The position numbers and the translations under genes were made by a program. This document shows, piece after piece, positions 18,390 to 28,861 of a DNA stretch of 64,000 nucleotides. A model generated the notes under the pieces. That model was not told the origin of the DNA. It worked only from the letters and a program-made list of their open reading frames with translations, and ran no database searches. Numbering within the stretch: the first letter of the stretch is position 1; every line of letters begins with the position of its first letter. Source of the stretch: an uncultured Gammaproteobacteria bacterium (GTDB lineage Bacteria; Patescibacteriota; Microgenomatia; Woykebacterales; RBG-16-39-9b); assembly GCA_964360785.1 (NCBI GenBank), contig CAYHXX010000002.1, positions 28,107 to 92,106 on the forward strand, given 5' to 3'.

Positions 18390-18641
18390 TTAATCAACTT
18401 CAAGAACGTAATTTTTAACAATCACCCACACTAGACTAAAGAGTACCCACCAAATCAAGACATCAAAGGCTACTGAAAAATAATTTATATGATAACCAAC
18501 TGTTCCATCGACATTAAAATTATCCCGAGCAAAGGTAAACGGAAAACCATGTTTGGACTCGTCTCTAATATAGAAAAAACTAATTGCCGTGATAATCACA
18601 GCCAGTAGAAGAGTCCACAAAAGTGAAAGTGCCTTAATCAT
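18390..18641 (-). CDS. Small membrane protein (HGFPF motif)
   Basis: Two TM helices; ATGA overlap with grpE stop. Confidence 0.7.
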   Translation of the reverse strand: MIKALSLLWTLLLAVIITAISFFYIRDESKHGFPFTFARDNFNVDGTVGYHINYFSVAFDVLIWWVLFSLVWVIVKNYVLEVD

Positions 18642-19090
18642 GATTTTTCCACTTTTTCGCTTACTTTAGTAACCTGAACGCGGGCTGGACGCAGTACCTT
18701 ACCTTCAAGGGAGTAACCTTTTTGCAGAACTTCGGTTATCTTGTCGTTCTCTTCACCTTCAACCACTGCGATCGCTTCGTGTAGATTTGGATCAAATTTT
18801 TTATTCTCAGCTTCGATCTCTTTGATATTTTCCGAAGTGAGTAGATCTTTAAATTTTTTGATAACTAGTTCCAAACCCTGATCATTTAAATTTTTCTGGG
18901 CTGCTTCCAGATTGTCAAGAATATCCAAAAACTTTACTACCAGAACGGTATTAGCAAATTTTACGACTGCGTGTCTTTCTTCCTCACTTCGTTTCTTTAA
19001 GTTCGCATAGTCTGCCAAAGCTCTTTTTAGCTGTCCTTCCAACTCTACTGCTTTCAAATCTTTTTCTTTTGCTTTTTTCTCTTTTGCCAT
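18638..19090 (-). CDS. grpE: Nucleotide exchange factor GrpE
   Basis: RALADYANLKKR, FDPNLHEA, QKGY..LRPARV. Confidence 0.96.
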   Translation of the reverse strand: MAKEKKAKEKDLKAVELEGQLKRALADYANLKKRSEEERHAVVKFANTVLVVKFLDILDNLEAAQKNLNDQGLELVIKKFKDLLTSENIKEIEAENKKFDPNLHEAIAVVEGEENDKITEVLQKGYSLEGKVLRPARVQVTKVSEKVEKS

Positions 19091-19096
19091 AGATTT

Positions 19097-19828
19097 TTAC
19101 CAGTTGCGTGTAAGCTCGGTGAGAAGATCGCCAAAATAGCGTACTGTCGGTACAACTGTGTTGAAACGCATTCTCGAAGGGCCTAGGACTGCAATCACAC
19201 CAGCATTTTTCTTACCTGATCCGAAGGGAGAGTAAACCATTCCGCAATATTCAAAGTAACCTTCACCAAGCTCCTCTCCAAGCAAAATATGGACCGGCTC
19301 ATCGCCAACTGACTTTGCAAAAACTGACTCAAGCGATTCTTGGGTGTCCATCATCTGTAGGACTGCTTTGGTCAGATCAATATCATAAAATTCTGGCATT
19401 TCCAAAATATTGGAAGCACCAGCGTAAAAGATATCCCCATCCTCGCTGTAAGCTATGGCTAGACTACCAGTCTGTGTTGAAAGTTCCCGAGCGGCTTGGC
19501 GCAGCAGCTTGTGAAATTGGAATCTTTGGTCCCAGAGCGATTCTTTGATTGTAACCTCATCTTTGACGGCCAGGTTAGTTTCTTTCATTAAGTTGCTCAC
19601 ATAGAATCTCAAACCAACAGCAGTCGGGATACGACCGGCGCTAGTATGTGGCTGTTTCAGATATCCTGAATTTGTAAGAGCCACCATTTCGTTTCGAACC
19701 GTCGCGGGCGAAACACCCAAACTGTGCTTTTCGACTATATTTTCACTACCGACAGGTTCTGCTGATTCAATATACTCATCGATAATTATTTTTAGTAAAT
19801 TTTTTTGTCGTTCAGATAGTTCCGGCAT
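19097..19828 (-). CDS. hrcA: Heat-inducible transcription repressor HrcA (short)
   Basis: YIESAEPVGS, SPATVRNEM, QPHTSAGRIPT, LGPSRM; start reassigned to ATG 19828. Confidence 0.95.
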   Translation of the reverse strand: MPELSERQKNLLKIIIDEYIESAEPVGSENIVEKHSLGVSPATVRNEMVALTNSGYLKQPHTSAGRIPTAVGLRFYVSNLMKETNLAVKDEVTIKESLWDQRFQFHKLLRQAARELSTQTGSLAIAYSEDGDIFYAGASNILEMPEFYDIDLTKAVLQMMDTQESLESVFAKSVGDEPVHILLGEELGEGYFEYCGMVYSPFGSGKKNAGVIAVLGPSRMRFNTVVPTVRYFGDLLTELTRNW

Positions 19829-19875
19829 AATACTTCTTCCCAAAAACTGAAGCCAATTAAACCTGTTATTTTTAA

Positions 19876-19912
19876 GTAGCAAAACTTTAGCACGAGTGCT
19901 AAAACATGTCAA
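19876..19912 (-). promoter_or_regulatory. CIRCE operator overlapping hrcA operon promoter
   Basis: GTAGCAAAA-N9-GAGTGCTAA; minus-strand TTGACA-17-TAAAGT. Confidence 0.85.
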
Positions 19913-19956
19913 TATTTATTGAAGCTTTCCTGAGTAGGGTATAATTTTTTAGATTG

Positions 19957-21570
19957 ATGAAACCAACACTTCTTTGGTTCTTTGTTCTGACTATCCTGAT
20001 CTCAATGGGGTTGGGAATCTTCTGCGCTACAGTTAAAGATAGCCCAACTAGCGACGAGCCGCCCCATATCCTTTCCGGATATGTTTTTTTGCGCTATGGT
20101 CACAACTTTATTGATCAGGAGCACCCTTTACTTATCAAAAGTTTAGCCGCAGCTCCTTTGTTATTTCTAGACATCAAGACAAACTTGGCTGACACAAACT
20201 ACACCCAACAGCGCTATATACCACACGTGGGTAATATGTTTGACAATTCAAGGGGTTTCTTGATCTATGATGGCAACAACCCTGACCAAATCCTCTTTTG
20301 GACACGAATCCCAATGATATTGTTAACAATCTCTTTTGGTTTAGTCATCTTCCTACTGACCAGAAAATTGTTTGGTGATCTCTCTTCTTTAGTCGCCACT
20401 TTCTTTTATGCCACCGAGCCGCTTTTTCTGGGCCATGGCTCTCTGGTTAATACTGACATTGCCGCGGCAGGTTTTATCATCACCACTGTCTATGCTCTGG
20501 TTCTTTACGCTGAAAGACAAACTCCAAAACGGCTAGCTTTTTTGGCTCTTGTCTTAGCTGCCACACTACTGAGCAAGTTTTCGACTTTCTATCTTGCCCC
20601 ATTAACAGTTCTGCTGATGCTCTACATTTACAAAACCAAAAAAACTTATTTGTATAACCATATTGCTATTCTGATAGCCGGGGTTTTTACTTGCATCTCA
20701 CTCTTTTATGGTCTAATCGGTTTTCGTGATAATGGTTTTTTGGGGTTTGTACCAACCCGTTATCTGGTAGGTTTAGTATCCTCCGTTGTCTCACTTTCTG
20801 GAAAAGGTAGATACACTTACTTGCTCGGCGAGAGCTACACTGGCTCAAGGCTGTATTACTTTCCAATTTTGATTGCGACCAAAACCCAACTCTTAACTCT
20901 GTTGGGAACGGCCTTAGCGCTAGTTTTGCTTGCTTTCAAAAAGCTTAGATTCAAGAGGGTAGATCTAGTTATTTTCTTTGTTCCCTTTGTCGTTTTTCTA
21001 GGATTAGCTTTGATTGCAAAATTCAATATTGGGATCCGCCATATATCACCAATTTACCCGTTTTTGATAATTCTAGCTGCGGCGGGCATAGCTGGTCTAG
21101 TACATATTGTAAGCAAAAATATGTCCAAAACGATGAAGTTATCCACAATTGGTGTAGTTATTTTTGTTGTATTTAGCTTTAGACTCTATTCAGTAACTTC
21201 AACTTACCCACATTTCTTGAGTTATTACAATATTTTAGCTGGAGGAACGGATAATGGCTGGAAGGTAGCCAATGACAGTAACTACGATTGGGGACAGGAT
21301 ATAAAGCGATTAGAGGAATTTGTCAGAGATAACAAGATAAATTCACTAGCATTTGATAATTACACCGGTAATTACGCTGCCAAAGATTATTACAATCTAC
21401 CAGTCTTTCAATTTTATCCCGACCAGAAAAATTATCAAGGCCACCTAGCGTTATCCACATCAGTAATTACTTTTTATGAAAACAAGCCCGAAAACTACTC
21501 CTGGGTTGTGGATAACTACAAACCCATTGCCCGAGCAGGGAAGAGTATTTTTATCTATAAAATAGAGTAA
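19957..21570 (+). CDS. GT-C (family 39/ArnT-PMT-like) membrane glycosyltransferase
   Basis: SPTSDEPPH, EHPLL, LLSKFS, DSNYDWGQD; many TM helices. Confidence 0.85.
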   Translation: MKPTLLWFFVLTILISMGLGIFCATVKDSPTSDEPPHILSGYVFLRYGHNFIDQEHPLLIKSLAAAPLLFLDIKTNLADTNYTQQRYIPHVGNMFDNSRGFLIYDGNNPDQILFWTRIPMILLTISFGLVIFLLTRKLFGDLSSLVATFFYATEPLFLGHGSLVNTDIAAAGFIITTVYALVLYAERQTPKRLAFLALVLAATLLSKFSTFYLAPLTVLLMLYIYKTKKTYLYNHIAILIAGVFTCISLFYGLIGFRDNGFLGFVPTRYLVGLVSSVVSLSGKGRYTYLLGESYTGSRLYYFPILIATKTQLLTLLGTALALVLLAFKKLRFKRVDLVIFFVPFVVFLGLALIAKFNIGIRHISPIYPFLIILAAAGIAGLVHIVSKNMSKTMKLSTIGVVIFVVFSFRLYSVTSTYPHFLSYYNILAGGTDNGWKVANDSNYDWGQDIKRLEEFVRDNKINSLAFDNYTGNYAAKDYYNLPVFQFYPDQKNYQGHLALSTSVITFYENKPENYSWVVDNYKPIARAGKSIFIYKIE

Positions 21571-21588
21571 AAAAAACTAGCTCGAAAG

Positions 21589-22077
21589 CTAGTTTTGGAG
21601 CAGTTTGAGTATTTTGGGCATGCTTACAATGTACTTATCTGGGTGTTCTTGTACATCTTTTGCGAGTTCTCTCTCTGAAACCCACTTAATCTGTTCAACC
21701 TCTTCTTCTTGCGGTTGAAATTCGTCCAGTGGTTTATCTACCGTAGCTGTAAACCACTGACAGAAGTAGTTTCGTGGTTCAGTTATCCGCATCTTCGATC
21801 CCTGGTTAAAGATCTCTCCAATAAGCCCAATCTCTTCTTCGGCCTCTTTGTATATATTTGTCTCGTAAGTCTCACCTTCATCAACAGTTCCGGAAACAGC
21901 TGGTCCCCATTTACCTGGGTCTTTGTCTTTATTGTGTTTGCGCTGGGCAATAAGTACCTCACCTTGCGAGTTGGTTACCCACAGAGCTGCTACTCTGTAT
22001 ACCTCGTTTTGGTGATCGACATCTGCTCGATCTTTGTGTCCGACTACTTGATCATTCTCGTCAACGATTTGGATCAC
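21589..22077 (-). CDS. NUDIX hydrolase (IDI-like)
   Basis: IVDEND, AQRK..KDKDPGKW, GTVDEGETY..KEAEEEIG. Confidence 0.85.
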   Translation of the reverse strand: MIQIVDENDQVVGHKDRADVDHQNEVYRVAALWVTNSQGEVLIAQRKHNKDKDPGKWGPAVSGTVDEGETYETNIYKEAEEEIGLIGEIFNQGSKMRITEPRNYFCQWFTATVDKPLDEFQPQEEEVEQIKWVSERELAKDVQEHPDKYIVSMPKILKLLQN

Positions 22078-22140
22078 CAGACACCTCCTTAACTAGACTA
22101 ACTCCGGTTTTTCCTGTCAGAGCAATTATACTTTATACCT

Positions 22141-22761
22141 TCAACTTATATTAATATCCTTGATTTCCTCAACAGTAAAATCTTCACCTCTAACAGCCAG
22201 TCTTACCTCAGCGCCATTACCAACAGCTCCAGGTAATATTGTTGAATAATTTCCAATTTTCAGGTGTATCAGTATCGCTCGTATAACTGTTTCGTGGGTA
22301 ACTATAAGAACAGTTTTATCCTGATAATTAGTAATAATTTCTTGAAAGAGGGAAAAGACCCGTTCAATAACCTCAGCATCGCTTTCCATTTCGAAACCTT
22401 TGAAATAAAGTTTCTCTTGGTTTGTTAGTCCTACTATAGCCTCGTCTAGCTCTTTCAGTGCTGCTTTTGGTTTGCCTTCGAACTGGCCAAAATCTCGCCC
22501 ACGTAATTTTTCAGAAGTTTTTATTTCTAGCTTTCTCTCTGTTGCAATTATTTCAGCTGTCTTACTAGCTCGTGATAAATCTGACGAGAAAATTGCTTCG
22601 AATCTAATATCCTCTAGCTGTTGGGCTAAACTATATGCTTGCTCTATTCCAGTTTCGTTTAAAGGAACGTCTATGTGACTTTGTGTCACTTTTTTCGTAT
22701 TCCAATCAGTTTCCCCATGCCGGACAATATAAATTGTGCCTTTTTGCTGATTGTCGATCAT
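22141..22761 (-). CDS. Histidine phosphatase (phosphoglycerate mutase family)
   Basis: VRHGETDWN, SSDLSRA, IVTH. Confidence 0.92.
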   Translation of the reverse strand: MIDNQQKGTIYIVRHGETDWNTKKVTQSHIDVPLNETGIEQAYSLAQQLEDIRFEAIFSSDLSRASKTAEIIATERKLEIKTSEKLRGRDFGQFEGKPKAALKELDEAIVGLTNQEKLYFKGFEMESDAEVIERVFSLFQEIITNYQDKTVLIVTHETVIRAILIHLKIGNYSTILPGAVGNGAEVRLAVRGEDFTVEEIKDINIS

Positions 22762-24524
22762 ATCTTTAAAACTGATAAAAACGCTTCTTGGGGGATTTGT
22801 ACTTTGCCAAATTGTTTTAGGCGTTTTTTACCTTTTTTCTGTTTGTCCAACAACTTATTTTTTCTGGTTACATCACCACCATAAAGTTTGGCAGTGACAT
22901 CTTTGCGGAAGGCGGGAACATCGGCTCGGGCAATGATTTTCCCCCCAATCGCTGCTTGGATCGACACTTCAAAATTTTGGCGGGGAAGGACCTCTTTTAA
23001 CTTTTCAACCAATTTGCGGCCAACTTCTTCTGATTTTTTCTTGACCACGATCTGGGAAAGAGCATCAACCACGTCTTTGGCTACCAAAATATCCATCTTT
23101 ACAGCTTCGACCTCTTCCCAACCTGCTAGTTCATAATCAAACGAGGCGTAACCGGAGGAAACTGATTTTAATTTATCGTAAAAATCACTGACAACTTCTG
23201 CCAAGGGGAGAGTAAACTCGATAACTACTTGGGAAGAGATATATCTGATATCCGCAACGGTTGCCCGCCGATTGTTAAGTAGTTCCAGAATCCCACCGAG
23301 ATAATCACTTCGGGAAACAATTGTCGCGGTAATAATTGGTTCCTTCAGGGAACGGATTTCTGATGGATCAGGAAACTTAGTTGGGTTGGAAATTTCAACA
23401 TTCTCACCACTAGTCAACTCTAGTTGGTATTTAACGGTTGGGCTGGAAGCAACCAAGTCTAGGTCATATTCGCGTTCCAATCTTTCCTGCACAACTTCAA
23501 AATGAAGTAGCCCCAAGAAACCACAGCGAAACCCAAAACCCAAAGCTGTGCTGCTATCAGCCTCAAATGTTAACGAGGCATCATTGAGCTTGAGCTTTTC
23601 TAAAGCGTCTTTAAGGCTCGGGAATTTGTCATTATCGGCAGGGTAAAACCCGGCAAAAACCATCGGCCGCACTTCCCGATAACCCGGCAGGGGAGAGCTA
23701 GTCTTTTCCCCTTTCGCTACCACTGTATCCCCTACCCTAACCAAACTCACGTCTTTCAAACCAGTGGCCAAATAGCCGATCTCCCCCTCTTCCAGTACTT
23801 CTTTCTCGACTAGATTGGGCTTGAATACTCCAATTTCAACTAAGTTCCCTTCTCCAGAAGTTCCCAGAAATTTTACCTGTTCTCCTTTGGTGAAGTTACC
23901 ATCAAAAACTCTCACGTAGGCAATCACACCTTTAAATTGATCAAAGCTTGAATCAAAGATCAGGGCGCGCTTTTCCGCTTGCCCTACTCTTGGAGCTGGA
24001 ACTTTCTCAACAATTCTGTCGAGTAGTGCTTCTATATTGGTCCCCTCTTTGGCGGAAATTTTTGTAACGTCATCTGCAGATATATTTAAGATCTCGGTCA
24101 TTTCCGAAATTACTTTTTCGGGATTTGCTGCTGGCATATCGATCTTATTGATAACTGGAATGATTATCAGATTCTGTCTTTGGCTCAAATAAAAATTACT
24201 GAGAGTTTGGGCTTGGACACCTTGGGTCGCGTCAACTAGTAAGACTACCCCCTCAACCGCAGCTAAAGAACGGCTAACTTCGTAGGTAAAGTCAACATGG
24301 CCGGGGGTATCGATCAGGTTAAGTTCGTAACCCTTCCAATTCATTTGTACTGGCTGGAGTTTGATCGTAATCCCCCGCTCACGCTCGATGTCCATCTGGT
24401 CAAGAAGTTGGGCCTTCATTTTTGAGCGCTCGACTGTACCAGTAATCTCGAGCATACGATCAGCCAAAGTAGATTTACCGTGGTCAATATGGGCGGCAAT
24501 AGCGAAATTCCGAATCTTTTGCAT
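22758..24524 (-). CDS. lepA: Elongation factor 4 (LepA)
   Basis: IRNFAIAAHIDHGKSTLADR, GFRCGFLGLLH, KLYGGDVTRK. Confidence 0.98.
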   Translation of the reverse strand: MQKIRNFAIAAHIDHGKSTLADRMLEITGTVERSKMKAQLLDQMDIERERGITIKLQPVQMNWKGYELNLIDTPGHVDFTYEVSRSLAAVEGVVLLVDATQGVQAQTLSNFYLSQRQNLIIIPVINKIDMPAANPEKVISEMTEILNISADDVTKISAKEGTNIEALLDRIVEKVPAPRVGQAEKRALIFDSSFDQFKGVIAYVRVFDGNFTKGEQVKFLGTSGEGNLVEIGVFKPNLVEKEVLEEGEIGYLATGLKDVSLVRVGDTVVAKGEKTSSPLPGYREVRPMVFAGFYPADNDKFPSLKDALEKLKLNDASLTFEADSSTALGFGFRCGFLGLLHFEVVQERLEREYDLDLVASSPTVKYQLELTSGENVEISNPTKFPDPSEIRSLKEPIITATIVSRSDYLGGILELLNNRRATVADIRYISSQVVIEFTLPLAEVVSDFYDKLKSVSSGYASFDYELAGWEEVEAVKMDILVAKDVVDALSQIVVKKKSEEVGRKLVEKLKEVLPRQNFEVSIQAAIGGKIIARADVPAFRKDVTAKLYGGDVTRKNKLLDKQKKGKKRLKQFGKVQIPQEAFLSVLKI

Positions 24525-24549
24525 ATTAGTTTTCTAATAAATTAACCGG

Positions 24550-26244
24550 TTAAGGGCGCGGTGAATTAGGATTGGGGTCAACTGATTCTTCGAAGTTAAG
24601 CACGCGACGCACTTTGCGAAAATCAGGAAACAAACCAAGAAAAATTCTCAGCTCTTCAGATTTCAGCCACCAAGTCAAAATTCCGTAAATAAATAAACCA
24701 GCAGTCGCCACCCCAGTGGTCAGAAATAGCAAATTCAACGCTCTCTTGGTGTCAATTATATAATCAATGACAAACTCACCATTGGGCAACTGAATATGCA
24801 AAGGCACGTATAAGAACACAGCCATTACCAAAGAGGCAGTTACAATCTTTGCAGTCGGATAGAAAATTTGTTTCATTCCAAAATGTCCGAGCTTTCTATC
24901 AAGTAGGAAAAGTAGCGTGATAAAACTAAATATTCCTGAAATTGATGTGGTCAAACCCAAGTAAGCAACTGGAATCTCAAGTTGTTTTGAGTACCCGAGT
25001 ATAAAGAAGCTTCCAATAGTGACATGCACCAACAAACCACCCAAAGCCACTTTTAAGGGTGTCACCGTGTCGTGCATGGCATAGAAAGCTTTAGTAACCA
25101 GCAAAAAACCAGCTTGGGCAAATACTCCGACTGCGAAATAGGACACTGTAGTTGCTGTAGCTACGGTTGCGGCCCAATCAAAAAGCCCACTCCCAAGGAC
25201 CAAACGTACGATCGGAATACGCAAAACAATCAGTATCAAACTTGCCGGTACCGCCAGATAAAGTAGTTGAAAAAGGCTATTAAGAAAGGTTTTCTTAAAA
25301 TCTTCTACTCTCTCAGCTGCCCATTCACCCGACAAAGTCGGTAAAGAAGCTGTAGCCAGGGCAACCCCAAACAAACTGATTGGTAGCATTTGTAAGTCGG
25401 CTGCAAACTCCAAGATCGCGATCGAACCAACTGCCAGAGTTGAGGCTAATATTATATTGACCACAACTTCAAGCTGGCCCACACCCACACCAATTGCCCG
25501 CGGCAGGGAGAGTTTTAGAATCCTCTGGACATCTCTATTTCTAAAACGAAGAACTTGACGATAATTAAAACCAAGCCGTTTTATTGCAATCAGCTGTATG
25601 GTAACGTGACAGACTGCACCAATCACTACTCCTAAACCAACTCCCAAAATCCCAAAACTACGACTCAAGACGACAATCCCAAAGATAATCCCCAAGTTAT
25701 AAACAACTGGTGCAACTGCAGCAATAAGAAAACGATGGTAACTTTGTAGTACTGAGGTAAAGAAACTACCGATTATTAGAAGTAACTCCCCGAAAATAAT
25801 AATTCGCATCAAATCAGCTGCCTGTTGATCGTATGGCGGTGCCAACCGAATATGAAACAGGTGATTTATTTGCATTGGGAAAATAAAAACGATGACTGCA
25901 AAAACCGCGAATATCAGTAAGATAAGATTGAGCACACTGGAGGCAACAATTTCCGCTTCTTCGTTCTTCTTTTTGATCAGATACTCTGTAAAGATTGGGA
26001 TAAAAGCCGCTGATAGCGCTCCTGTTATTAGAATATTGGCGATTAAATCAGGAATCACAAAGGCGGTGTTGAAAGCATCAAGTGGCCCGGAAGCTCCGAA
26101 ATAGCGTGCCAAGAACCAATTTCTGAAAACTCCCAAGATCTTACTTGCCAAGGTTAAGATCATGATGATTACTGCCGCTGAGAGAATGGTGTTTTGTTTA
26201 GCTAGTATCAGGGAGCTGCCTCGAGAAAGAAGTTTATTTACCAT
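24550..26244 (-). CDS. murJ: Lipid II flippase MurJ (MviN)
   Basis: SKILGVFR..LARYFGA, AFVIPD, GALSAAFIP, AFYAMHDTVTP. Confidence 0.94.
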   Translation of the reverse strand: MVNKLLSRGSSLILAKQNTILSAAVIIMILTLASKILGVFRNWFLARYFGASGPLDAFNTAFVIPDLIANILITGALSAAFIPIFTEYLIKKKNEEAEIVASSVLNLILLIFAVFAVIVFIFPMQINHLFHIRLAPPYDQQAADLMRIIIFGELLLIIGSFFTSVLQSYHRFLIAAVAPVVYNLGIIFGIVVLSRSFGILGVGLGVVIGAVCHVTIQLIAIKRLGFNYRQVLRFRNRDVQRILKLSLPRAIGVGVGQLEVVVNIILASTLAVGSIAILEFAADLQMLPISLFGVALATASLPTLSGEWAAERVEDFKKTFLNSLFQLLYLAVPASLILIVLRIPIVRLVLGSGLFDWAATVATATTVSYFAVGVFAQAGFLLVTKAFYAMHDTVTPLKVALGGLLVHVTIGSFFILGYSKQLEIPVAYLGLTTSISGIFSFITLLFLLDRKLGHFGMKQIFYPTAKIVTASLVMAVFLYVPLHIQLPNGEFVIDYIIDTKRALNLLFLTTGVATAGLFIYGILTWWLKSEELRIFLGLFPDFRKVRRVLNFEESVDPNPNSPRP

Positions 26245-26321
26245 GAAGTCTCTGGAAAAAAGTAATTGTTGATATTGGATTCGAGTATAACAACTTCAAT
26301 TGGGTTAAACAATAGCTTCGG

Positions 26322-26401
26322 CGTTGTTGACTTTGCGGAGCAGCTATGGCTCAGATAGATGCCCTAGCAACGAGCAATGCAAAACCGCAGGTTTGACAAC
26401 G
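26322..26401. repeat. Palindromic REP/MITE-like intergenic element
   Basis: CGTTGTTGA/TTGACAACG and TTTGCGG/CCGCAGG arms enclosing GCTA..TAGC inner stem. Confidence 0.5.
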
Positions 26402-26432
26402 TAAGGTAAACTAAGTAATAGAGAATTTAACT

Positions 26433-26732
26433 ATGCCGATAATTCGTTCAGCTATCAAGAAAATGCGCCAAGACCAGAAAAGAACACTGGCCAACCGTGC
26501 TCAAAAAGAAAACCTTAAAAAGGCGATAAAGCTTGCTGAGACTAAGCCAACAGCCGAAAATGTCAGCAAAGCTTTTAGTGCCCTAGACAAAGCAGTAAAA
26601 GTTCATTTGATTCCAAAAGGTCGGGCCGACCGTAAAAAATCAAGATTACCAAAGGTCTCCGCAACAACTCAGAAAACAAAATTGACTAAAACAGCGCCAA
26701 AAACTACAAAACCCTCTCCAAAAAAAGTATAA
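26433..26732 (+). CDS. rpsT: 30S ribosomal protein S20
   Basis: MPIIRSAIKKMRQ...LDKAVK..LI..GRADRKKSRL. Confidence 0.95.
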   Translation: MPIIRSAIKKMRQDQKRTLANRAQKENLKKAIKLAETKPTAENVSKAFSALDKAVKVHLIPKGRADRKKSRLPKVSATTQKTKLTKTAPKTTKPSPKKV

Positions 26733-26775
26733 GTCAGTTGTACCCCCAATCCAGTTTTGTTATACTAGTTTCCAG

Positions 26776-27384
26776 ATGCCCAAAGCTGCCCAGAAGTCCA
26801 CTGATATCAATATTGATCTTTTGCCCAAATCAACACCTTCCGGAACCACTGGAGAAGCTGTTCACTGGGCACTAACTGTTGGTCGCTACCTCGTAATCTT
26901 TACCGAAGTAGTTGCGCTTGGAGCTTTCCTAGTCGCAATTTGGTTTTCCAAAGAAAAGAATGATCTCAAAACCTCCATCAAACAAAAACAAGCAGAAATA
27001 ACTGTTTATCAAACCTGTGACTCAAAAGATAAGACCAAATTTTGTGAAGATCGTTTTCGCAAAGTACAAGGCCAAATAAACCAAGTAGTTTCTCTTGAAA
27101 ATAGTCAGGTTGAAAACAATAAAGTCCTCAGCGAACTACTAACAATCCTCCCCGTTGGTATAAAACTCGAGGGTTTAGGAATTGAGAAGAACAAACTTAA
27201 CTTTTCCGGAACTCTTCCTTCTGAAACCGAGCTACAAACTTTGATAAAGAGTATTAACAGTTCTACAAAGATTACTGGCTTGGATGTAACTAGTCTGACC
27301 CGAGAAAACAATCTTCTGAAATTCACTGCTTCTGCCTCAATTCAAAGAGGTGTTTTCGCGACAACTGAAAGTGGGGGTAACTAA
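26776..27384 (+). CDS. PilN-like type IV pilus assembly protein
   Basis: INIDLLP N-terminus, single TM, coiled coil, PilN-like C-terminus. Confidence 0.75.
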   Translation: MPKAAQKSTDINIDLLPKSTPSGTTGEAVHWALTVGRYLVIFTEVVALGAFLVAIWFSKEKNDLKTSIKQKQAEITVYQTCDSKDKTKFCEDRFRKVQGQINQVVSLENSQVENNKVLSELLTILPVGIKLEGLGIEKNKLNFSGTLPSETELQTLIKSINSSTKITGLDVTSLTRENNLLKFTASASIQRGVFATTESGGN

Positions 27385-27386
27385 AG

Positions 27387-28016
27387 ATGCAATTTTACGA
27401 GCAAGCAATGACGCGCTACAACCAAACAACTGCTGATCCAAAGAAGAAAAACTATTTTGAAATAACTCTCACTTTGATTTTATTGATAATTCTTCTGGTA
27501 ATGATTTACCCAGCAATTACTCACATAATCACCTTAAACAAAGAGATTCAAGCAGGTCGAGTGGTCGACAAAGCCCTTGGAGACAAGATTGTTGCCTTAA
27601 ATCAGGCTCAGGATAATTTTGCTAAGGTAGAGAAGGATCTACCTCTACTTGAACTTGCACTACCTGTTGGTTCTGACCTGGACAAATATGTCCAAAAACC
27701 TATCGAGAGTCTTTCAACAAAGAACAGTCTGACGGTAAAGTCTATCCAATTCAGCGATGTTCCAGTGTCAAAACCAACTACAGAAGATGTCCGCCTTCGC
27801 CAGATGGAGTTTACAATGAGTTTAACTGGAGCTTTTCCAAACCTGCTTGCCTTTGTTAAAGATTTGGAAAGCTTTGTTCGAGTCACAAGTGTGGATACAC
27901 TCCAGCTGAAAGCAAGCGGTGCTGAGCTAGCAATCACTCTTCAAGGTACTACCAATTTTCTCGGAACAGCGGTGACTGCAGCCAAACAAGCAAATCAAAA
28001 GGAGGCAGCCCAATGA
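27387..28016 (+). CDS. PilO-like type IV pilus assembly protein
   Basis: TM, coiled coil, ALP, G.F.NL..FVKDLESFVRV; follows PilN-like gene. Confidence 0.78.
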   Translation: MQFYEQAMTRYNQTTADPKKKNYFEITLTLILLIILLVMIYPAITHIITLNKEIQAGRVVDKALGDKIVALNQAQDNFAKVEKDLPLLELALPVGSDLDKYVQKPIESLSTKNSLTVKSIQFSDVPVSKPTTEDVRLRQMEFTMSLTGAFPNLLAFVKDLESFVRVTSVDTLQLKASGAELAITLQGTTNFLGTAVTAAKQANQKEAAQ

Positions 28017-28201
28017 GTAAAAACCTAGTTCCAATTCTTACTGCTTTTCTCATTGTTCTGGTACTTTTTATAATCCTGCAGGTCGTACAAATAGCTACTA
28101 AAGATCCTATTCCAGAAGCAACACAGAAACAAATCGAAACGTTAAATCCAAAGTTAGATACGAAAGTATTTGAGGAAATAAAAACTAAATCAGCTAACTA
28201 G
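28013..28201 (+). CDS. Small single-TM hypothetical protein
   Basis: ATGA overlap with pilO-like gene, SD GGAGG; LNPKLDT motif. Confidence 0.7.
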   Translation: MSKNLVPILTAFLIVLVLFIILQVVQIATKDPIPEATQKQIETLNPKLDTKVFEEIKTKSAN

Positions 28202-28853
28202 CTTTGCTTATACGGCAAAGGTCGATCGTCAGATTTGTTAGAAGCGTCTCTGCCGAGAGTTTACCTTGTTTCAACCATAAATCTGTTTTCAGCAAATAGA
28301 CCAAAGCCGAACGCAATTTTCGAAAGTTCCAATTCTTTGTTTGTTCGGAAACCTTATCTTGCAAAAACTGGCTTCTAGAAATTTCCTGCCTTTCGCCACT
28401 CAAACTTAAAGCCATTAGTCGCATTTGTCTAACCAAGCTACCTATTATCATTTCTTTCTCTCGAGGTTCCCGCAACAGTTCTTTTAACACTGTCAGGGCT
28501 TGTTTTTCTTGTCCATACGCAACTGCGTCGGCAAGCCTAAAACTAGAATTAGTTTCTCTTTGTTTAAAATACCAAACTTTGTCGACCCAAGTCGGGGCAG
28601 TAACAGACTCTGCAAACCACAGGACTACATCAAAATCTAGATTCTTAGGTAGTTCAAAGTCCTTACGAATAGGAAATTTTTCAATTATTACAAGTTTCTT
28701 TTCAGAAAAAAGGCCCTTCCCGCTTGGTAACAATTCAGCTACATTTTTCGCGTTTTTAAAGGAAACTTGATCGAAACCAGAATAATCATTTTTCATCTTC
28801 AATAAAAAGTTTTTCGAAGATACGCTATCTTCGCCGTGGATAAGGTAGATCAT
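28194..28853 (-). CDS. holA: DNA polymerase III delta subunit-like (short HolA)
   Basis: MIYLIHGED, GLFSEKKLVII, F.LADA, L.TDL.LKQG. Confidence 0.75.
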   Translation of the reverse strand: MIYLIHGEDSVSSKNFLLKMKNDYSGFDQVSFKNAKNVAELLPSGKGLFSEKKLVIIEKFPIRKDFELPKNLDFDVVLWFAESVTAPTWVDKVWYFKQRETNSSFRLADAVAYGQEKQALTVLKELLREPREKEMIIGSLVRQMRLMALSLSGERQEISRSQFLQDKVSEQTKNWNFRKLRSALVYLLKTDLWLKQGKLSAETLLTNLTIDLCRISKAS

Positions 28854-28861
28854 TTATTTTT

